From positions 1 through 55,942 of the IMG/VR virus record IMGVR_UViG_3300042893_000841: a DNA stretch of 55,942 nucleotides. One strand, written 5' to 3'. The DNA is from a virus (Duplodnaviria > Caudoviricetes). The position numbers and the translations under genes were made by a program. This document shows, piece after piece, positions 32,275 through 41,836 of this stretch. The notes under the pieces are model-generated. The model was not told the origin of the DNA. It ran no database searches and saw only the letters and a list, made by a program, of their open reading frames with translations. The stretch's first letter is position 1. Each line of letters starts with the position of its first letter.

Positions 32275-32311
32275 GTTTATCTTTTATATTTATTAAGTAT
32301 AGTTTATTAAT

Positions 32312-33502
32312 ATGAAAGAAAAATTTTTACCTTGGTTTATGTTATTTTGTGCGTTGGGTTTATCTGGAACCGCAGCATATTATTCGGTTGTTGGATTATC
32401 AATTGTTTTTGTTGGTGTTGCATTACCAGTTATTATAATGGGATCATTCCTGGAAATATCAAAAATTGCAATTGCAACATACCTTCACGATAAATGGAAA
32501 GAAACATATGGTATTCTTAAGATTTACATGTCAATCGCTCTTATAGTACTATCTATAATTACCTCTTTAGGTATATACGGATTGTTAAGTACAGGATTTC
32601 AAGGGAATATTGCAAAACTTGAAATAAATGAAAAACAAGTTAAAAATATTGAAGTTAAAAAGAAAAGGTTCGAAGAAGTTAAAGACGAACTAACAAAAGA
32701 AAAAAACACTTTAGACGGAGACATTACAAAGTTAAGAGACGGAGTATCTAATAACACAACAACACAATCTGTGGATAGAAAAACCGGACAGGTAGTTACA
32801 AGAGCCAACGACGGTAATAGAAAATTATTTGAATCTCAACTATTACAAGCACAAGTAAGAAGAGACACAATAGCAAAAAGAATTGATAATATGAATGATA
32901 GTATCACTAAGATTGATATTGACATTTTAAATATGGAATCAAAAGAAATTTCGGGAAGTGAGTTGGGAGCTTTAAAGTATGTTAGCGAACTACTTGATTG
33001 GGACATTAAACGAACGGCAAACCTTTTTATTTTAATTCTAATATTTGTGTTTGATCCATTGGCAATTACGTTAGTTATTGCAACAAACCAAGCATTTAAA
33101 GGAAAAAGAAAAGACAAAGATTCAGAGAGGGACACCAATGTCCCTCACAAAGAAGAGACCATACATGATACAATACATGATACAATACATGATGAGGTTG
33201 AAGTAACCGACCAAGTACCAAATAGGTACCGACCAAATACCGACCAAATAAAAAGGGTATGGGACAGGGTAAAAAAATTAAAAAAAGAAAGTAAATTACC
33301 AGAACCAACTGAAGAAGATTTAGTAGATGAACCTACGGAATTAACATTTACCCCCCACGACATTTATGAAAACGAAACACCAGTACCGTCAATATATGAT
33401 GTACCGGATGAGGAATTATTTGAGGAAGACATTTATTATGTTGAAAAAACTGACGAACCAAATAAAATTAAAAGATTAACATACAAAAAAACAAATGATT
33501 AA
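32312..33502 (+). CDS. Multi-TM coiled-coil membrane protein
   Basis: Three N-terminal TM helices, coiled coil, TM IFVFDPLAI, low-complexity tail. Confidence 0.65.
   Translation: MKEKFLPWFMLFCALGLSGTAAYYSVVGLSIVFVGVALPVIIMGSFLEISKIAIATYLHDKWKETYGILKIYMSIALIVLSIITSLGIYGLLSTGFQGNIAKLEINEKQVKNIEVKKKRFEEVKDELTKEKNTLDGDITKLRDGVSNNTTTQSVDRKTGQVVTRANDGNRKLFESQLLQAQVRRDTIAKRIDNMNDSITKIDIDILNMESKEISGSELGALKYVSELLDWDIKRTANLFILILIFVFDPLAITLVIATNQAFKGKRKDKDSERDTNVPHKEETIHDTIHDTIHDEVEVTDQVPNRYRPNTDQIKRVWDRVKKLKKESKLPEPTEEDLVDEPTELTFTPHDIYENETPVPSIYDVPDEELFEEDIYYVEKTDEPNKIKRLTYKKTND
33161..33193 (+). repeat. 12-bp tandem repeat (ATACATGATACA x2.75; IHDT)
   Basis: Direct reading. Confidence 0.85.
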
Positions 33503-34091
33503 TATAATTGAAAAAAAAATTGAACATTTTGTTGGGGTTGAAAATAAAAAAACCCAGATAATTTTAACACATACCTCAAGAAACGTTAAAGAATATTTAA
33601 CATCATTAAAGTATAGATATAATAAAAAATATGATAAAATTCCTCACTTCATAATAACACGAGACGGTAAGATAATACAAACTTTAGACACAGAAAAGTA
33701 CTCAAAGTTTTTGAATAACTCCAAACACGATAAACAATCAATTATAATATGTTTAGAAAATTTAGGTTGGTTAGAAAAAGAACCATTAAAAAATTATCAC
33801 ATTAATTGGATTGGAAGTATTTATAAGGAAAAGGTATTAGATAAAAAGTGGAGGGATTATTTTTTTTGGGAACCTTATACAAAAATACAGTTGGATAAAA
33901 CGGCTGAGTTGTGTAAAAAATTATCAAAAGAACACCCAATAAATTTAACCTGTATTGGTCATAATACAAAAACAAATAGAATGGAAACATTTAATGGAAT
34001 TTTAACTAGGTCAAATATTGATGAAGATTCCACAGATGTAAGTCCAGCTTTTGATTTTGAATATTTTATAAAAAAATTAGAAAATGAATAA
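33495..34091 (+). CDS. Amidase_2 (N-acetylmuramoyl-L-alanine amidase) fold protein, possibly inactive
   Basis: IILTHT, HFIITRDGKIIQ, SIIICLEN, YTKIQ, GH, DVSPAF. Confidence 0.7.
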   Translation: MINIIEKKIEHFVGVENKKTQIILTHTSRNVKEYLTSLKYRYNKKYDKIPHFIITRDGKIIQTLDTEKYSKFLNNSKHDKQSIIICLENLGWLEKEPLKNYHINWIGSIYKEKVLDKKWRDYFFWEPYTKIQLDKTAELCKKLSKEHPINLTCIGHNTKTNRMETFNGILTRSNIDEDSTDVSPAFDFEYFIKKLENE

Positions 34092-34725
34092 TTACGAAGA
34101 AATTAAAAATTTATTAAACGCATCAAGAAACCTTTTGGGGGGGTCACAAATGATTGAAGAACAAAAATCAATCAAAAAAAGATACGGCCTAATTACTGAA
34201 CAGGGGGGAGATGATACTGAAACAATAGATGCTCCAGACAACACCATTGACAGATCAAACCCAATGAAAGACATTGAGAGTAAAATCAAATATGACACTG
34301 CGGAAGATGGTGAAGAAGGTGAAGAAGTGGATGAAATGAAAAGCGATAAGAAAAAGGGTTATAGAATCTCTGGAGGTATATTCTATATTCATGGTAAAGA
34401 TAATAAAGATTTGCAATTAACAACCGACGATAAGATTGCGTTCCAGGAAAGTATGGATGAGTTTGTATCTGAGGTTGCTGAAATAGTGGACTTTAATAAA
34501 TTAAATTTATATCCAAACAACGTTGAGTGGTCAGGTAAAATTACTGAATATGATATAGAGTTTTTCTTTTCAATTGGAGAAAGTAATGGGGTTTATATAA
34601 ACGGTACTATGATGAAAGTTGACGCGGAATTTTTAACCATGATGAATAAACTACAAACATATTATGAAAAGTTTAAATCAAAATGGTCAAAAGTAATTGC
34701 CTCAAGAAAAAAAACTAAAGAATAA
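34084..34725 (+). CDS. Hypothetical (probable head-associated) protein
   Basis: EIKNLLNASR...LITE N-terminus, acidic linker. Confidence 0.5.
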   Translation: MNNYEEIKNLLNASRNLLGGSQMIEEQKSIKKRYGLITEQGGDDTETIDAPDNTIDRSNPMKDIESKIKYDTAEDGEEGEEVDEMKSDKKKGYRISGGIFYIHGKDNKDLQLTTDDKIAFQESMDEFVSEVAEIVDFNKLNLYPNNVEWSGKITEYDIEFFFSIGESNGVYINGTMMKVDAEFLTMMNKLQTYYEKFKSKWSKVIASRKKTKE

Positions 34726-35078
34726 TGAAAGAATTTTTTAAAGTATATTATAAAGAGATAATCCAAGCAGTGCTTGGGTTGTTATTAATTTTTTTATTGG
34801 TGAGAACATTTACACCAGCTCCAGATAAATCCGAATTATTAAAATATAAATTAGAACAGTTGGACCAGAACATTAATAAAATGAAACAACTACAACTACA
34901 ACTTAATGATTCTATATCATCTTACAAAAAGGACATAAAAAAAATTGACGAGAATATTTCAAAAATAAAAATTGAAAAATCTACGGTTAATAATTTCTTT
35001 GAACAAAAAAAAGAAGAAATAAAAGGAATGGATAAAAAAGAAATTGACAGTTCATTTAAACAAAGATATAAATATTGA
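34725..35078 (+). CDS. N-terminal TM + coiled-coil protein (i-spanin-like)
   Basis: Single TM followed by heptads, near the amidase-fold gene. Confidence 0.45.
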   Translation: MKEFFKVYYKEIIQAVLGLLLIFLLVRTFTPAPDKSELLKYKLEQLDQNINKMKQLQLQLNDSISSYKKDIKKIDENISKIKIEKSTVNNFFEQKKEEIKGMDKKEIDSSFKQRYKY

Positions 35079-35080
35079 TT

Positions 35081-35497
35081 ATGAAAAAAATTATATTAAT
35101 AACGTTATTAATGTTTTCTTTTGTTAGTTTAAGCCAAACAAACCCACAGAAAGAAGACACCACAACAATATGTTTTCCTGTTAATGTGGGTAAACAAATA
35201 TTATTAGATTTAAATGATCTCGATAGATTAAAAAAACAATCTGACTTAGATAAAAAAGAAATTCTGGAACTTGAAAATAAAGTAGTTAAAGTGGAAGGTA
35301 TTGTTAAATTTTTAGAACAAAAAGATAAAAATAACGAAGTTATTATTAAAGATACTGAGGAAAAAGTTAAACTTCTTGAGGAGGATAACAAAGATTTAAG
35401 AAAAGAAATAAAAAGAATTAAAACTAAGAATACAATAATTGAAGTTGTATCTGGAGCTATTGTTGGGGCATTAACCTATATTTTAGTATTTAAATAA
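35081..35497 (+). CDS. Secreted coiled-coil protein with C-terminal TM (spanin-like)
   Basis: Signal peptide MKKIILITLLMFSFVSLSQ; C-terminal hydrophobic helix. Confidence 0.45.
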   Translation: MKKIILITLLMFSFVSLSQTNPQKEDTTTICFPVNVGKQILLDLNDLDRLKKQSDLDKKEILELENKVVKVEGIVKFLEQKDKNNEVIIKDTEEKVKLLEEDNKDLRKEIKRIKTKNTIIEVVSGAIVGALTYILVFK

Positions 35498-35498
35498 G

Positions 35499-35747
35499 AT
35501 GGCACTAACTCAAACCGAAAAAAAAGAAATGGAAACTTTGGTTAGAAAAGAAATAAAAGATTTCTTTGGGTCAAGTACCGCAAAACAGTTTGAGGATAAG
35601 TTAATAGACAGAGTTTCAAAAGAGATGAAACGAGGTGGTAAACTAGATGGTCAATTAAAAGACTTGATAATTAAATCTTTCAGAGAGTTCTATACTATTA
35701 TGTATCAACAAAGAAGTTTCTGGGAATCTAAATTCAAAGGAATGTGA
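35499..35747 (+). CDS. Hypothetical protein
   Basis: Coupled ORF. Confidence 0.55.
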   Translation: MALTQTEKKEMETLVRKEIKDFFGSSTAKQFEDKLIDRVSKEMKRGGKLDGQLKDLIIKSFREFYTIMYQQRSFWESKFKGM

Positions 35748-36442
35748 AACCATCAATTACAGATACATTTAATAAAGAACTTAATGCCGCTATGTTTGAT
35801 AGTAATGTTTTAGGTCTTGAAGCATCAAAATCAAAAAAAGAGTTTGAGATTAAAGAAGATGGTGAAAGACATAATTATAAACCATTAGAATTTTTAAAAG
35901 ATGGTGAATCATTAAGTGAAATATTGTCATTAGTTAAGAATAAAAAAATCTCCAAAAATAAAATCAGAACTGGAATTAAAAAACTTTTAAAAAATCCCGA
36001 AGATTTAAATAATTTTTTACAATCAATTTTAGATGGTAGAACAAAAAAAGAGGAGAATAAAGAAGCTTCTGTTTCAGGAGCTGGTGTTGGTATGTTTTTA
36101 GGACAACTTTCAGGGGAAGAACCTAAAAAAGTTGAAACAAAAGAGGCGGCAGTATCAGGAGGTGGGGTTGGTGCTTATGAAACCCCCAAGGCCTGGGCAA
36201 AAAGTACATCAAAAAAAGATTGGAGAGGAAAGTCAAAAACACAAATACCAGGAGGTACATTCGTTCAGGTTAAAAAAAAATGTAAAAGTTTTCCATATTG
36301 TAATCAAGGCGATACAGGAGCTCTTAATTTTTATGAAAGTGAAAATATTAAAACGGTAATAAAAAATGTCTCACACAAATACGGATTATCTGAAAACGAA
36401 ATAAGAGAAATTATATTTAAAGAAATTAAAACAAATCGTTAA
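35744..36442 (+). CDS. Probable head-associated protein
   Basis: Duplicated KEA.VSG.GVG motif; VKKKCKSFPYCNQG. Confidence 0.5.
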   Translation: MKPSITDTFNKELNAAMFDSNVLGLEASKSKKEFEIKEDGERHNYKPLEFLKDGESLSEILSLVKNKKISKNKIRTGIKKLLKNPEDLNNFLQSILDGRTKKEENKEASVSGAGVGMFLGQLSGEEPKKVETKEAAVSGGGVGAYETPKAWAKSTSKKDWRGKSKTQIPGGTFVQVKKKCKSFPYCNQGDTGALNFYESENIKTVIKNVSHKYGLSENEIREIIFKEIKTNR

Positions 36443-36470
36443 TAACAAATATTTATAATAAAATGCAATT

Positions 36471-37565
36471 ATGAGAAATTCAAAACAATACATAGATTCA
36501 TTGGTTAACAAACTTTTAAAAGAAACTTTAGAAGATAAGGCAAATGAGGTTATGGAAAAATTAAACTTCAAACCAGGTAAATCCTTTGACTATGTTCAAG
36601 AAGGTAATATGTGTGAAGAATGTGGTTCAGAAATGAATGAAGGTAACTGTATGGAATGTGGTTATAAATCCGGAGAAGTTATGGAAAAACTATATGGTGG
36701 ACAATCTGATTTAGATAAAAACGAAAACGGGATATTGGACGATGAAGATTTTAGAATGATGAGAAGAAAAAAATCTGAAATGTCTGAAGAAGATGAATAT
36801 TCCAATATGTGCGAATCATGTGGTGGTGATATGAGAGAAGGTGAGACATGTGAAGAATGTGGTGGTGATATGGGAATGGGCAAAAACATTAAAGAAACTG
36901 TTTATAGATTAGTTGATGGTAATAATTCTGAACTTTTTACAGAAAACGAAATAATTGATATCATTGAAAATATTGTTAAAGAAGAAAAGAAAAAAGAAGA
37001 CAACATTACTAAAGGGGCGTCACATAGAGGGTATAGTGAGTATGAGAAGGCACATAAAGGTTCCGGAAAAGAAAATAAACAATATCTTGATTCTGTGGCA
37101 AAAAAACTTACTGAATATTTAAAAGATGGTTCTAAAGGTAAGTATAATACAAATCCTAAACATTTTCCTAAAGGTAATGGTCAATTGGCTAAAATGGATA
37201 AAATGGCTTATGAAATTGATGATGAAGGAATTGATTTTAATGTGGAAATTGCTGGACAGAATATTCCTGATTACGACGGAAAACCACCTAAAAAAGAATT
37301 TATTGAAAAACAAATTAAAGGAAGTTCTACTAATGGTAACAATCAAGATTGGGCAAATGCTGAAAATACTGGAGTTAATGATAAGTTTGCCAAATATTTT
37401 GAAGATGACCAATTGGCAAAATGGAAAGATGAATCATACGGAAGAGTACCTTCTCCAGTTTATGATGAAATAACCGAGAAAGGTAAAAATAAAGGTAAAA
37501 CTAAATTGAAAGAAGAGTTTGATAGAATGAAAGGGTTGATTGGATACGACAGAAAAACCCAATAA
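36471..37565 (+). CDS. Probable head/scaffold-associated protein with CxxCG repeats and EF-hand-like loop
   Basis: Four CxxCG motifs; DKNENGILDDED loop; LKE/IKE/ITE motifs; TATTTAT upstream. Confidence 0.5.
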   Translation: MRNSKQYIDSLVNKLLKETLEDKANEVMEKLNFKPGKSFDYVQEGNMCEECGSEMNEGNCMECGYKSGEVMEKLYGGQSDLDKNENGILDDEDFRMMRRKKSEMSEEDEYSNMCESCGGDMREGETCEECGGDMGMGKNIKETVYRLVDGNNSELFTENEIIDIIENIVKEEKKKEDNITKGASHRGYSEYEKAHKGSGKENKQYLDSVAKKLTEYLKDGSKGKYNTNPKHFPKGNGQLAKMDKMAYEIDDEGIDFNVEIAGQNIPDYDGKPPKKEFIEKQIKGSSTNGNNQDWANAENTGVNDKFAKYFEDDQLAKWKDESYGRVPSPVYDEITEKGKNKGKTKLKEEFDRMKGLIGYDRKTQ

Positions 37566-37610
37566 TTTACAAATTCATAAAATAAATTATAATTCTCCAT
37601 AGGACATCTT

Positions 37611-38084
37611 ATGGAGAATTTTTTTAATTATATAACTAAGCCTTTGGATTTTGACGAGATAGACATATGGTTCAAATCAAATAATATTATTTTTGAAAAA
37701 ATGGATTTGTTTTTTGATTTTACATATTCGTTAACCATGGTAGTGCTGGACACATATTTAGGTGGAAATTTAAATGATGGTGAGAGTAAAATTGAAATGA
37801 CAACTGAGGACAACTTAAACCATTTTAATTGGTGTTGGAAAAAAACAATAGAAGATTTTAAAAAAGAAAGTATTATAATTGAAGAAGAGGGAGAACACTA
37901 CAACTACTTTAAAGAGTTTTTTAATGAAATTTTTTATAACCATAAAGAAGATAAGGTTAGAAAATCAATAGGGGATTTTTTTGTGGAGATGTTTGATAGA
38001 AAAAAACCATTCACCAAATCTGATTTAGATGTAATTTTATCAATTTATCGTTCTATAGATAGTAATATGTCAATTACCTATTGA
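37611..38084 (+). CDS. Hypothetical protein
   Basis: ORF preceded by TTTACA-N16-TATAAT (37566-37593). Confidence 0.6.
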   Translation: MENFFNYITKPLDFDEIDIWFKSNNIIFEKMDLFFDFTYSLTMVVLDTYLGGNLNDGESKIEMTTEDNLNHFNWCWKKTIEDFKKESIIIEEEGEHYNYFKEFFNEIFYNHKEDKVRKSIGDFFVEMFDRKKPFTKSDLDVILSIYRSIDSNMSITY

Positions 38085-38140
38085 CAAAATAAAATATAGT
38101 ATTAAAATTAAGTTTAATAAACTTTTTAATTAATATTATA

Positions 38141-38320
38141 ATGACAGAAGAAACAACAATCCAAAAAATTAAGTTGTTAGTTGAAACACTTAGTGCTGAC
38201 TTTGATAAGTTTGGTAGCGGTAATAACGCTGCTGGAACAAGAGCAAGAAAAACATCACAAGAGTTAAGAGAATTACTAAAAACACTTAGAGGAGAAATCT
38301 TAGAAACAAGAAAAAAATAA
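38141..38320 (+). CDS. Hc1/histone H1-like nucleoid-associated protein (59 aa), missing from ORF track
   Basis: MTEETT...DFDKFGSGNNAAGTRARKTSQELRELLKTLR; GNxAAGTRARK signature; TTGACA-N16-TAAAAT upstream at 38081. Confidence 0.8.
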   Translation: MTEETTIQKIKLLVETLSADFDKFGSGNNAAGTRARKTSQELRELLKTLRGEILETRKK

Positions 38321-38322
38321 CT

Positions 38323-38508
38323 ATGTTAGACGTTAATAACATTTTTTTATTCTTATTCATATTCTCTTTATTAGGTGTGTTTAGAGTTATTTTAATGACT
38401 TTAGTTTCCCTATTTAGAACACCACCAACAAAAGTTGGGTTTTCTATTAGGGAAACTATTTTTTTTGGTATTTTCTTATCATACATATTAACTTATATTT
38501 TTAAATAA
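38323..38508 (+). CDS. Small 2-TM membrane protein
   Basis: Two hydrophobic segments. Confidence 0.55.
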   Translation: MLDVNNIFLFLFIFSLLGVFRVILMTLVSLFRTPPTKVGFSIRETIFFGIFLSYILTYIFK

Positions 38509-38513
38509 AAAAC

Positions 38514-38942
38514 ATGGCGTTTTATAAAGAAATAGAAAAAATAGTAAATTACTTAAAATCCATCAGAAAAATGGAGAAGTATTTAAGTTTTGATATGGAG
38601 TTCCCAAATACCTGGAGAATCCCTAAAAAATATGCGATTGAGGGTAAAGTGGTTGAACAGGAAAAAACAACTCCAAACACAAGATTAATTTCATTTATTG
38701 CCGAATTAACTGAAGAGGAAACTAATAAAACAATTAGTAACATTACAATGATAGTTGATTACAATAAAGAATTGGAAGAAAAAGAAATATTATTTCAAAA
38801 CAAAGTTGAAGAATTAAAAAAGATTTTTGAAAAACAAAATTTAGATAAATTACAAAGTTTAAAATTTGATTTAAAAGAATTTAAATTAGGAAGTGATGAC
38901 GATGAAGAACAAAGAAACACAGATTCAGTGGTTACAGAATGA
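38514..38942 (+). CDS. Hypothetical protein
   Basis: Operon ORF with coiled C-terminus. Confidence 0.55.
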   Translation: MAFYKEIEKIVNYLKSIRKMEKYLSFDMEFPNTWRIPKKYAIEGKVVEQEKTTPNTRLISFIAELTEEETNKTISNITMIVDYNKELEEKEILFQNKVEELKKIFEKQNLDKLQSLKFDLKEFKLGSDDDEEQRNTDSVVTE

Positions 38943-39087
38943 ATTGAAGAAGGACCAACAGGATCTAGAAAAAGAAAAATTAAAATTTATTGAAAAAATA
39001 AAAGGAATTGATAAAGAAATAATCATTCCTAAACCAAAAAAATTAACATTATGGCAGAGGATAAAGCAGGTATTGATTCAATCTTAG
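38902..39087 (+). CDS. Small hypothetical protein
   Basis: C-terminal KLTLWQRIKQVL amphipathic helix. Confidence 0.5.
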   Translation: MKNKETQIQWLQNELKKDQQDLEKEKLKFIEKIKGIDKEIIIPKPKKLTLWQRIKQVLIQS

Positions 39088-39383
39088 AGAGTCTAGCGTT
39101 AATAACCGATGGAGTCCAATCACTGTTCCCAACAAGTAAATCGGTTTTAATATATGAATTAAATTCTGGAGATTTTACTTATATCAAATCACACTTTAAA
39201 AATATTAAAATTGATGAGAATCAAATAAAAATAGATATTTCTGGTACAGAGGTTATTTTTATTTTGGAGAACTCATATAAAGAACAATTAATTAAAAAAG
39301 AAACTGAAAAAGTTAAAACTAAGTGGGAAAAAATAAAATTATTTTTCACTACTAAAAGTGGTAAATCTACGGTAGAGGGATGA
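39051..39383 (+). CDS. Hypothetical protein
   Basis: Overlapping operon ORF. Confidence 0.5.
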   Translation: MAEDKAGIDSILESLALITDGVQSLFPTSKSVLIYELNSGDFTYIKSHFKNIKIDENQIKIDISGTEVIFILENSYKEQLIKKETEKVKTKWEKIKLFFTTKSGKSTVEG

Positions 39384-39977
39384 TTTAGAAATACCTTTTT
39401 TTTCTAATAAACCATACAAGTATTTTTTTTGTGATTTTGAAGAATCGGAAACCATAATACAATCTATTCTACCTTTACTAAACATATAGTTTTCAAGAAC
39501 TGTTAAAAATCTTGAACATTCATTTACACTTTTTAATGAAAAAATATTAATATTATCATCTTCCTGGACCGCAATTTTATTATTTATTTTTGATATAAGT
39601 TTTAACCCCGTTTTAGGTAAGTAATTTTTAATAAATGATTCTACGGTTATCTTTTTTTGTTTTTGTACATCATATATCATTTCCTCTATTTTATAATCGG
39701 ATATCTTAGTTAAAGAGTAATCAGGATCATCCAGGTCAACCTTTACTTGTCTCCCTAAGGAATCTTTCACAAAATATAAATCAAAATCTGTAGAATCTTT
39801 TTCTAAAAAACCAAGTTCATACACACAAGTTTTACCATTCTCAAATTTACGATCAAAAATAACATTATTGGACTTTATTAAATAATCATAATGGTCTTTG
39901 GCTCTATTAAGAGTTTTAAACTTCTTGATTATTTTCCTTCTTTCTTTATTTTTAAAGAGAACTATTAGATAATTCAT
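39339..39977 (-). CDS. Hypothetical protein (basic)
   Basis: 212-aa ORF divergent from dnaJ. Confidence 0.6.
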   Translation of the reverse strand: MNYLIVLFKNKERRKIIKKFKTLNRAKDHYDYLIKSNNVIFDRKFENGKTCVYELGFLEKDSTDFDLYFVKDSLGRQVKVDLDDPDYSLTKISDYKIEEMIYDVQKQKKITVESFIKNYLPKTGLKLISKINNKIAVQEDDNINIFSLKSVNECSRFLTVLENYMFSKGRIDCIMVSDSSKSQKKYLYGLLEKKGISKSSLYRRFTTFSSEK

Positions 39978-40022
39978 AATTTTTTAACTATAATATAAAA
40001 ATATAATCAAAATCATAAATAA

Positions 40023-40955
40023 ATGAATGTTCAGGATCATTATTCTGTTTTAGGTGTTGAAGAAACCGCAACTCAGGAAGAAATAAAAAAAGCGTATAGA
40101 AAGTTAGCAAAAGAAAATCACCCAGATAAAGGGGGAGATGAAGAGTTGTTCAAACAGATATCGGGAGCTTACGATATTATTGGAGATGAAAATAAAAGAC
40201 AACAATATGACCACCAAAGAAAAAATCCATTTGCCGGAATGGGGGGTTCACATGCCGATTCAATGAGTGATTTATTTAATCAGGCTTTTGGTCACCAAAG
40301 ACAACAACAAAGAGTTCATACCACAAACCTAACTATAAATGTTGGCGTATTAGAATCTTATCTTAGTGATAAAAAAGAAATTAACTACAAGAGAAAAACT
40401 ATGTGTGAACCTTGTGGTGGTAATGGAGGTGATAAAAAAGTTTGTGTTGTTTGTAATGGGGTTGGTCAAGTTATAAGACAAATGGGTAGTGGTATGTTTA
40501 TACAAGTGGTTGCAATGACTTGTGAAGGTTGTAACGGTAAAGGTAAAACAATAACAAACCCTTGTTTTGTGTGTAATGGAAGTGGAGATAAAGATGAAAT
40601 AAAAAATATTGAAATAAAAATACCTCATGGTATTGATAATGGTCAGTTTTTTAGATTACAAGGAATGGGGGATTTTAGAAATGAGGTATTTGGAGATTTA
40701 ATTGTTAGAGTAAATCTGGAACCACAAGATAATTTTGATAAATATGAGAATCATTTAGTTTATAATGCGTATTTTGATTTGGACGACATTAATAAAAACT
40801 CATTTGATATACCACATCCTGAAGGTAAACTTAACATTAAGTTCCCTAAAACGTTTGATACGTCAAAACCATTGAGAGTAAAAGGTAAAGGATTTAAAAC
40901 CCAGGTTATTGGGGATTTAATGGTTAATCAATATGTGAAGTTTCACAGGGATTAA
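40023..40955 (+). CDS. dnaJ: DnaJ chaperone
   Basis: J-domain with HPD, four CxxCxGxG repeats, C-terminal GDL substrate-binding domains. Confidence 0.93.
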   Translation: MNVQDHYSVLGVEETATQEEIKKAYRKLAKENHPDKGGDEELFKQISGAYDIIGDENKRQQYDHQRKNPFAGMGGSHADSMSDLFNQAFGHQRQQQRVHTTNLTINVGVLESYLSDKKEINYKRKTMCEPCGGNGGDKKVCVVCNGVGQVIRQMGSGMFIQVVAMTCEGCNGKGKTITNPCFVCNGSGDKDEIKNIEIKIPHGIDNGQFFRLQGMGDFRNEVFGDLIVRVNLEPQDNFDKYENHLVYNAYFDLDDINKNSFDIPHPEGKLNIKFPKTFDTSKPLRVKGKGFKTQVIGDLMVNQYVKFHRD

Positions 40956-41113
40956 AATAATGAACTAATATCCTTAATCAAGGATACTATACCATAGATT
41001 GCCAGTGTAAACATAACACCACCAAAAATAAAAACAAATCTTTGTGTTCTAACGGATCCTTTATCTGTCTTACAAGATTGACATCCTACTTTTGTTGCTT
41101 CTTTTTTTTCCAT
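40952..41113 (-). CDS. Small CxxC membrane protein (53 aa, [15 protein letters not shown]...), missing from ORF track
   Basis: Open frame just downstream of 41122 gene; CQSC plus one TM. Confidence 0.6.
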   Translation of the reverse strand: MEKKEATKVGCQSCKTDKGSVRTQRFVFIFGGVMFTLAIYGIVSLIKDISSLF

Positions 41114-41121
41114 AATTTAAG

Positions 41122-41598
41122 TTAATTGTGATAAATAATAATATCACCTCTTACAATTTTAGTAAAGTTATTTTTAATAAATTGTTCTTTTATGATTGTA
41201 TCACCATTACTTGTGATTATAACTAATGTGTTTTGATTTTTTATGTTTAGTTTTTGTGGGTGTTTAATGGCGGTTGCAATATTTAGTTTATATTCACCGT
41301 CATCAAAGTGTGGGTAAATGATAAAATCAAATCCATTCCAATTATCCCTAACAAAAATAGAATCTTTTTTACGGTTTACAATGACATCTTTAGCGACATT
41401 ACTGATAATATCGTCAAACTCAAATACAATATCCCCCAAATCCTCAAAGTTAGGTCTTGATTTTAATGATATTGGATTATTAGCAATTTGAGTATGATCT
41501 GTAGCAACAATATTAAATACATCACCCTCTTTCTCAAAAGAACCTAAGGTTATCCTATCCTCTACTATTAAGGATTTTAATACTGAAAGTAGTTTCAT
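41122..41598 (-). CDS. Hypothetical (probable virion-internal) protein
   Basis: Start taken at MKLLSVLKSLIVE, after TATTTAT (41604-41610) and the terminator. Confidence 0.6.
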   Translation of the reverse strand: MKLLSVLKSLIVEDRITLGSFEKEGDVFNIVATDHTQIANNPISLKSRPNFEDLGDIVFEFDDIISNVAKDVIVNRKKDSIFVRDNWNGFDFIIYPHFDDGEYKLNIATAIKHPQKLNIKNQNTLVIITSNGDTIIKEQFIKNNFTKIVRGDIIIYHN

Positions 41599-41611
41599 AT
41601 TATATAAATAT

Positions 41612-41638
41612 AAAAACCCCCCGAAAAAACGGAGGGTT
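41612..41638 (-). terminator. Intrinsic terminator of candidate ncRNA
   Basis: AACCCTCCG-loop-CGGGGGGTT followed by a U-tract on the minus strand. Confidence 0.8.
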
Positions 41639-41832
41639 CTACAAGATAGTTTGTCCAATTGAGGAAGGTCTCTATCTAACCCGAATCGTTTTCCATCACC
41701 AGATTCTCGGCAGTCAGCTTTCAAGTGGGAGGGCTGACATTCCCTTTGCGTCGACACACCCAACACCAGGCGGTCAGATTGTAAATTAGGATTTCTGACA
41801 TCCTTGTTTTCAGTAGTGTTAACCACATCAAC
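41612..41832 (-). ncRNA. Candidate structured non-coding RNA (~220 nt)
   Basis: GC-rich island with several hairpins, flanked by a Bacteroidota promoter and an intrinsic terminator. Confidence 0.65.
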
Positions 41833-41836
41833 AATA

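Noticed and set aside
41599-41826. N-terminal 76 codons of the listed ORF 41122..41826
   Set aside because: They cross a terminator and a GC-rich hairpin region; a better start (41598) follows TATTTAT
41612-41832. tRNA, tmRNA, RNase P, cobalamin riboswitch or mini-CRISPR interpretation
   Set aside because: No T-loop/CCA, no full GAGGAAAGUC/P4 pairing, no B12 box, and the repeats are stems rather than spaced direct repeats
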